IMG/VR virus record: IMGVR_UViG_3300003154_000002
Coordinates: 1 to 64,000 of that record
DNA from: a virus
DNA length: 64,000 nt
Strand: one strand, 5' to 3'
Both the position numbers and the translations under genes were made by a program. The notes under the pieces were generated by a model, which had not been told where the DNA came from, ran no database searches, and saw only the letters and a list, made by a program, of their open reading frames with translations. Position 1 is the first letter of the stretch. Each line of letters starts with the position of its first letter. Shown one piece after another: positions 60,389 to 64,000 of this stretch.

Positions 60389-62998
60389 TTACGCCGCAGC
60401 CTGTGGAATTGGGAATTCGAGAGCAATTTCAATGAATCTCAATGCGATATTTGTACGAACTTGTACTCTAAACTTCATAAGTCCCTTCGCAAGAGCTTCA
60501 GCTGTTGGGGTTACGCTAATAACCCTAAATTGATCGTTTTCCCGCACTCCAGCAGGGAATAGGTAAGAGTTATTTCTGAGGAACGACTTAATAGCATTCT
60601 CAGCTTGAAGCTGGGTAGCTGGTGAGAAATTCTCCCAAATATAAGAACGAAGACCGCTCTCAAGCGACTTCTTAATGAACATATTTGTTCTAATAACTTG
60701 GATAAGTTGTTCTTCAGCCGTGAACGCAGGAGATGTTCCACTGTCGGCGGTATAAGCGCCGAAGATAATCCGACCTGCACCAGGAAACTCAGTAATACGG
60801 TTGATGTAAGCTAGACGTAGAGGACCACCCTCTGTCTTCTCTGAAATGGACAAATCTAGTCCGACTGTACCCGCTAGACCTGCAGCAGAAATACCAGCAG
60901 GAGCTTTACTTACACCACCGATTGAAATATTTGCATCAATACGAGCCATTACGCCCGCTACGTGACCGATAGGATCTACCGTAAGAATAGCACTATCTGT
61001 TGAACGAAGTACTTTAACGTGATTGTAATACCAAGCCGCTACCTTACTAGGATTGTTAACAATTGTTTCTTTATAAGTTACTGCACTTGGTGAAACAATC
61101 GTGGCCGATCCAGAACCAGTAATAGAAGTAGATTCTACTGTTACGTTATAATTTACTTCGTCAATAAGAGTGATAATGTACTTGTTTAAACCAAATACTA
61201 ATAAGTCACCAATAGATACGTTATTTAATGACGGTGAACCAGAAAAATATACCGTGCTTTCTACTAACCCGTTTGATATTGTACTAATAGAGGTAGAAAC
61301 TATAACTCGGTCTGTTTCGGCTGTTCGAATATTTTCTGGGATTGTCAAAAGAGCCATACAATCCGCACCGCGATAAGTATCGCAATAATCAATAAGAGCG
61401 TTTTGTACAACACGAGAAGTAACGCTAGGAACACACACTAGTGCTACATCATCTGTATTATCTAATGCATGAAGACCTTTTCCGTTAGCCGCTGTTCCAA
61501 TATAATCTGAATCCTGAACAACAGCATCAGCAATGAAATATGTTTCAACAGCGCCAACAACATCAGATGGTATTACCAACTTATTTGCTGGTTCAAAAAA
61601 GGTAGGAACGTTTGCTGTACCTGGATTAAACGTTGTATCTACAAAGTAAATTTTCGTTTGTCCGCTACGAATAGAAGAACCTACCGCATTATTAACAACT
61701 TGGTTCGGCGCGATATAAATAGTATCAGCACCGGAATCTACTACGTTAATTATAAAATCGTTATTTGAAGCATCTCTCCAAACACATCCAGCAGATACAG
61801 ATCCTAACCCAGGAGCTGAAGCAAACGTTACAGCACCGGTAGCAGATGTGTATGTTATTCCTATAGCTGAAGCATCAAAACCAGAAACAAGCGTACCACT
61901 AGCAATAATATCAGAACTATCAATTTCATACTCTACGCTATTTAAAATAGCAAAATGCTCATCTAAAGAGCCAACAGCAAATGTTCCTGCCGAAATTGGA
62001 AGAATACCGTAGCCAGCTTCCGCAGTAGAAAACGCTTCTGTGTTTTGAGAACTCAAAGAAGCATTATTGCTAGCTGCTCTATTCGTTTCTGAAATTATAC
62101 TAATTACTCCAGAATAAATTATAGCAGCACCAGCTGTTACGCCAACTCTGTCTACTGTTATTCTATCATTTTCTGGTACTTCCGTAATATAAAATATAGC
62201 ACTAGCAGAATCTATTAGGATATCTCCTACTGAAGCACCCATATCAGCAAATCCGCCACCACTAGCTAGAACAGTAGTACTAGTAGTTGGACTGTCAGCG
62301 TTTGTTAAAGTGATTTGCCCCCTACTATCTCCAGCTTGAACCACCGCATAACTATTAAATCTATCTGCGGCAAATAATCGTAAAATCTTACCTGCGGTGG
62401 AAGTAACATTTATACCATCCGCACAATATACGTTATTCCCAACAAGAGAAACTAACCCTGTTGCGATAGTTAATGTTTCCCCGCTAACTCCAGCAATAGC
62501 AAATAATCTACCATCATCATCTTTAAAATAATCTCCAACTTTTGCTCCAGTACCTACTAATGAAGGTGAACCAGATAATACTAAAGCTCCTGTACTAGCA
62601 GTATAAGAAACTATACTTAACCCAGTAACTATTTCACCTTCATCTAAAATATAACCCGCGTCTCCTGCTTCAGCGAGACCATACTCATAAACGGTACCGC
62701 CAGAAGCAGTGGGAGAAACGTTAACTAAAATAGCCTCGTTTCCTACCCCCGCATTATCATAAAATCCCTGAATCGAATAATAAGCATCACCCAAATAAGT
62801 AGCATTACCAAAATACTCTACCGCACTATCAAGGCTAGTCACCGATGTAGGTGTATCTACCGGCGCTCCTGCTTTAGTGGATCGTAGAATAAATGCAGTA
62901 ATGGCTGTAGCCGCACCAGGAATTTGAATAACTCCCGTAGGCTGGGGTATAACTTCTACTCGTTCTGGACCTGTGTTTGTATTCAATAAGTCCGCCAT
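60389..62998 (-). CDS. contractile tail sheath protein (large, with insertion domains)
   Basis: 869 aa directly upstream of the tube gene. N-terminal GVIQIPG and a C-terminal block (ITEFPGAGRIIFGAYT...IRTNMFIKKSLESGLRSYIWENF...) typical of sheath C-terminal domains. Confidence 0.8.
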   Translation of the reverse strand: MADLLNTNTGPERVEVIPQPTGVIQIPGAATAITAFILRSTKAGAPVDTPTSVTSLDSAVEYFGNATYLGDAYYSIQGFYDNAGVGNEAILVNVSPTASGGTVYEYGLAEAGDAGYILDEGEIVTGLSIVSYTASTGALVLSGSPSLVGTGAKVGDYFKDDDGRLFAIAGVSGETLTIATGLVSLVGNNVYCADGINVTSTAGKILRLFAADRFNSYAVVQAGDSRGQITLTNADSPTTSTTVLASGGGFADMGASVGDILIDSASAIFYITEVPENDRITVDRVGVTAGAAIIYSGVISIISETNRAASNNASLSSQNTEAFSTAEAGYGILPISAGTFAVGSLDEHFAILNSVEYEIDSSDIIASGTLVSGFDASAIGITYTSATGAVTFASAPGLGSVSAGCVWRDASNNDFIINVVDSGADTIYIAPNQVVNNAVGSSIRSGQTKIYFVDTTFNPGTANVPTFFEPANKLVIPSDVVGAVETYFIADAVVQDSDYIGTAANGKGLHALDNTDDVALVCVPSVTSRVVQNALIDYCDTYRGADCMALLTIPENIRTAETDRVIVSTSISTISNGLVESTVYFSGSPSLNNVSIGDLLVFGLNKYIITLIDEVNYNVTVESTSITGSGSATIVSPSAVTYKETIVNNPSKVAAWYYNHVKVLRSTDSAILTVDPIGHVAGVMARIDANISIGGVSKAPAGISAAGLAGTVGLDLSISEKTEGGPLRLAYINRITEFPGAGRIIFGAYTADSGTSPAFTAEEQLIQVIRTNMFIKKSLESGLRSYIWENFSPATQLQAENAIKSFLRNNSYLFPAGVRENDQFRVISVTPTAEALAKGLMKFRVQVRTNIALRFIEIALEFPIPQAAA

Positions 62999-63270
62999 TA
63001 TTTATCTCCGTCTTTTTTTATATTTAAAACCTTCGCCTCTTTTTCAACCACCTTTGTAGGTTTTTTAAAAACCGATGGTTTCTTTTTCTCAGGCGGCTTC
63101 ACTCCAATATTACGCCGCTCATTAACTACTACCAATTTTCTAGTCATGGAGTAATGTCTTACATCACGACTCTGTGGAAGTGACGCGATTTCTCCAACCG
63201 TCATATATTTGGTATAGCCGATACAATCAATGGGTAGAGGTGACCCTGACACGTTTTTGTACCTTTTCAT
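62998..63270 (-). CDS. hypothetical tail-associated protein
   Basis: 90 aa upstream of the sheath gene with a basic C-terminus. Confidence 0.45.
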   Translation of the reverse strand: MKRYKNVSGSPLPIDCIGYTKYMTVGEIASLPQSRDVRHYSMTRKLVVVNERRNIGVKPPEKKKPSVFKKPTKVVEKEAKVLNIKKDGDK

Positions 63271-63294
63271 TTATTCCTCCCTTTAACACTACCC

Positions 63295-64000
63295 TTAAGA
63301 ATAATGCTTCTGCCAAACTCTAAATATTATTGTTTTATTGTCTCTGTTTATACCTGCCCTATAATCTTGCCCAATACCTACTCCGCTAGAAGTAATACTA
63401 CCGACCGTATTTGGTAGGGACTGCGTACCATATGAAGTATCGTCTAAAAAATACTCTGCTGTCTTCGCGCTTCTATCAACATAGACTCTGTGCGTGTGAT
63501 ACGCTCCGCTATTATATGCCGTTGTTATATTAGCATGTGTCCAAGTTACTGTATCCTGATTCCCAGCAGAATCCCTTATAAAGAACTTTCTTGCCTTACT
63601 CGCCGCCACATTTGTCCACGAAAATTCAAACCCAGGTACGCCAGCATTAGCTACTGCAGTTAAATAAGAAATTTGGAACGACTCATTATTGGGAGTATAT
63701 ACCCATTCATCTATCTCAAATTCAAAGTCTTGCATTCCAGGTTCTAAAGCAGTAGTAGCTGAACGTTTATAAAAACCGGCTCCGGCGGCTCCTAATATGA
63801 CTCCAGGGTCTTGCGGAGTACCCGCACTAATGTTATAATAGTTATTAGCGTAGGGTTCTAAAATTATCCCATTTTTACTATCAACAATATTTCCCGATAA
63901 CTCATTCATATCCCAAAGAGCAGCATAAGTAATTAACTGACTACTTATAGACTCAGAAACAAAAACGTTATCCTTTGGTAGCAGATTTAGTTTGTCAATA
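63295..64000 (-). CDS. structural protein with LamG/ConA-like beta-sandwich character (5' end possibly beyond the window)
   Basis: The track ORF starts at ATG 63909, but the same frame stays open to base 64000 (…IDKLNLLPKDNVFVSESISSQLITYAALWD-MNELS…). Confidence 0.5.
   Translation of the reverse strand, partial: IDKLNLLPKDNVFVSESISSQLITYAALWDMNELSGNIVDSKNGIILEPYANNYYNISAGTPQDPGVILGAAGAGFYKRSATTALEPGMQDFEFEIDEWVYTPNNESFQISYLTAVANAGVPGFEFSWTNVAASKARKFFIRDSAGNQDTVTWTHANITTAYNSGAYHTHRVYVDRSAKTAEYFLDDTSYGTQSLPNTVGSITSSGVGIGQDYRAGINRDNKTIIFRVWQKHYS

Noticed and set aside
43167-62000. Plus-strand ORFs inside the minus-strand structural arm (43167-43367, 43243-43524, 45523-45753, 46043-46228, 47916-48173, 48227-48463, 51476-51748, 56035-56298, 56380-56634, 57082-57324, 58862-59134, 59339-59587, 61170-61376), and the minus-strand alternative-frame ORFs 55658-55849 and 60511-60780.
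   Set aside because: They are antisense or out of frame relative to long, well-supported tail genes. Several arise from periodic Gly/Ser/Thr repeats read on the other strand.
1-64000. CRISPR arrays, integrase/att sites, transposases, reverse transcriptase/DGR, and toxin-antitoxin pairs.
   Set aside because: No regularly spaced direct repeats were seen. No tyrosine or serine recombinase, DDE or RT motifs (YxDD) were recognised in any frame. The tail-fibre repeats have no template-repeat counterpart in the window.

Overview
This window looks like part of a visibly AT-rich, tightly packed tailed dsDNA phage genome with a contractile tail. No integrase or bacterial flank is visible. Two gene arms converge at about 41.15 kb.

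Plus-strand arm (1-41162), early, replication and nucleotide-metabolism genes:
- ATP-dependent DNA ligase, DEDDh exonuclease, dCMP deaminase, ThyX, and an orphan C-terminal fragment of class II ribonucleotide reductase (NrdJ).
- A Cas4-like nuclease next to an ERF-like annealase, a primase-helicase, family A DNA polymerase, RuvC-like resolvase and RecA.
- dNMP kinase, a CBS-less GMP reductase/IMPDH-family enzyme, MazG, a cold-shock protein, two calcineurin-type phosphoesterases and two SAM methyltransferase-like proteins.
- A sigma region-4-like protein, three tRNA or tRNA-like genes, about ten free-standing HNH/Endo VII nucleases, and many small ORFs.

Minus-strand arm (41146-64000), lysis and tail genes:
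- Amidase endolysin, a holin-like protein, a stand-alone PAS-domain protein and a small HExxH protein.
- Two tail-fibre-like proteins, a P2/Mu-like baseplate (J, gp25/W, V spike, D-like hub, LysM-like X) and a tape measure.
- A tail chaperone with a -1 frameshift that the ORF track misses, three gp19-type tube paralogs and a large sheath.

Most notable unexplained items:
- A 14-member family of small early proteins sharing an [IL]-x-[TI]-L-K-x-x-K C-terminal tail.
- A translationally coupled block of coiled-coil membrane proteins ending in a membrane-anchored Hjc-like nuclease.
- The PAS-only protein in the lysis/fibre cassette.
- A non-canonical long-variable-arm tRNA-like gene with anticodon UAU.
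- A 25-bp exact repeat that contains a perfect TATAAT.

All functional calls rest on motifs read by eye. No database search or structure prediction was run.
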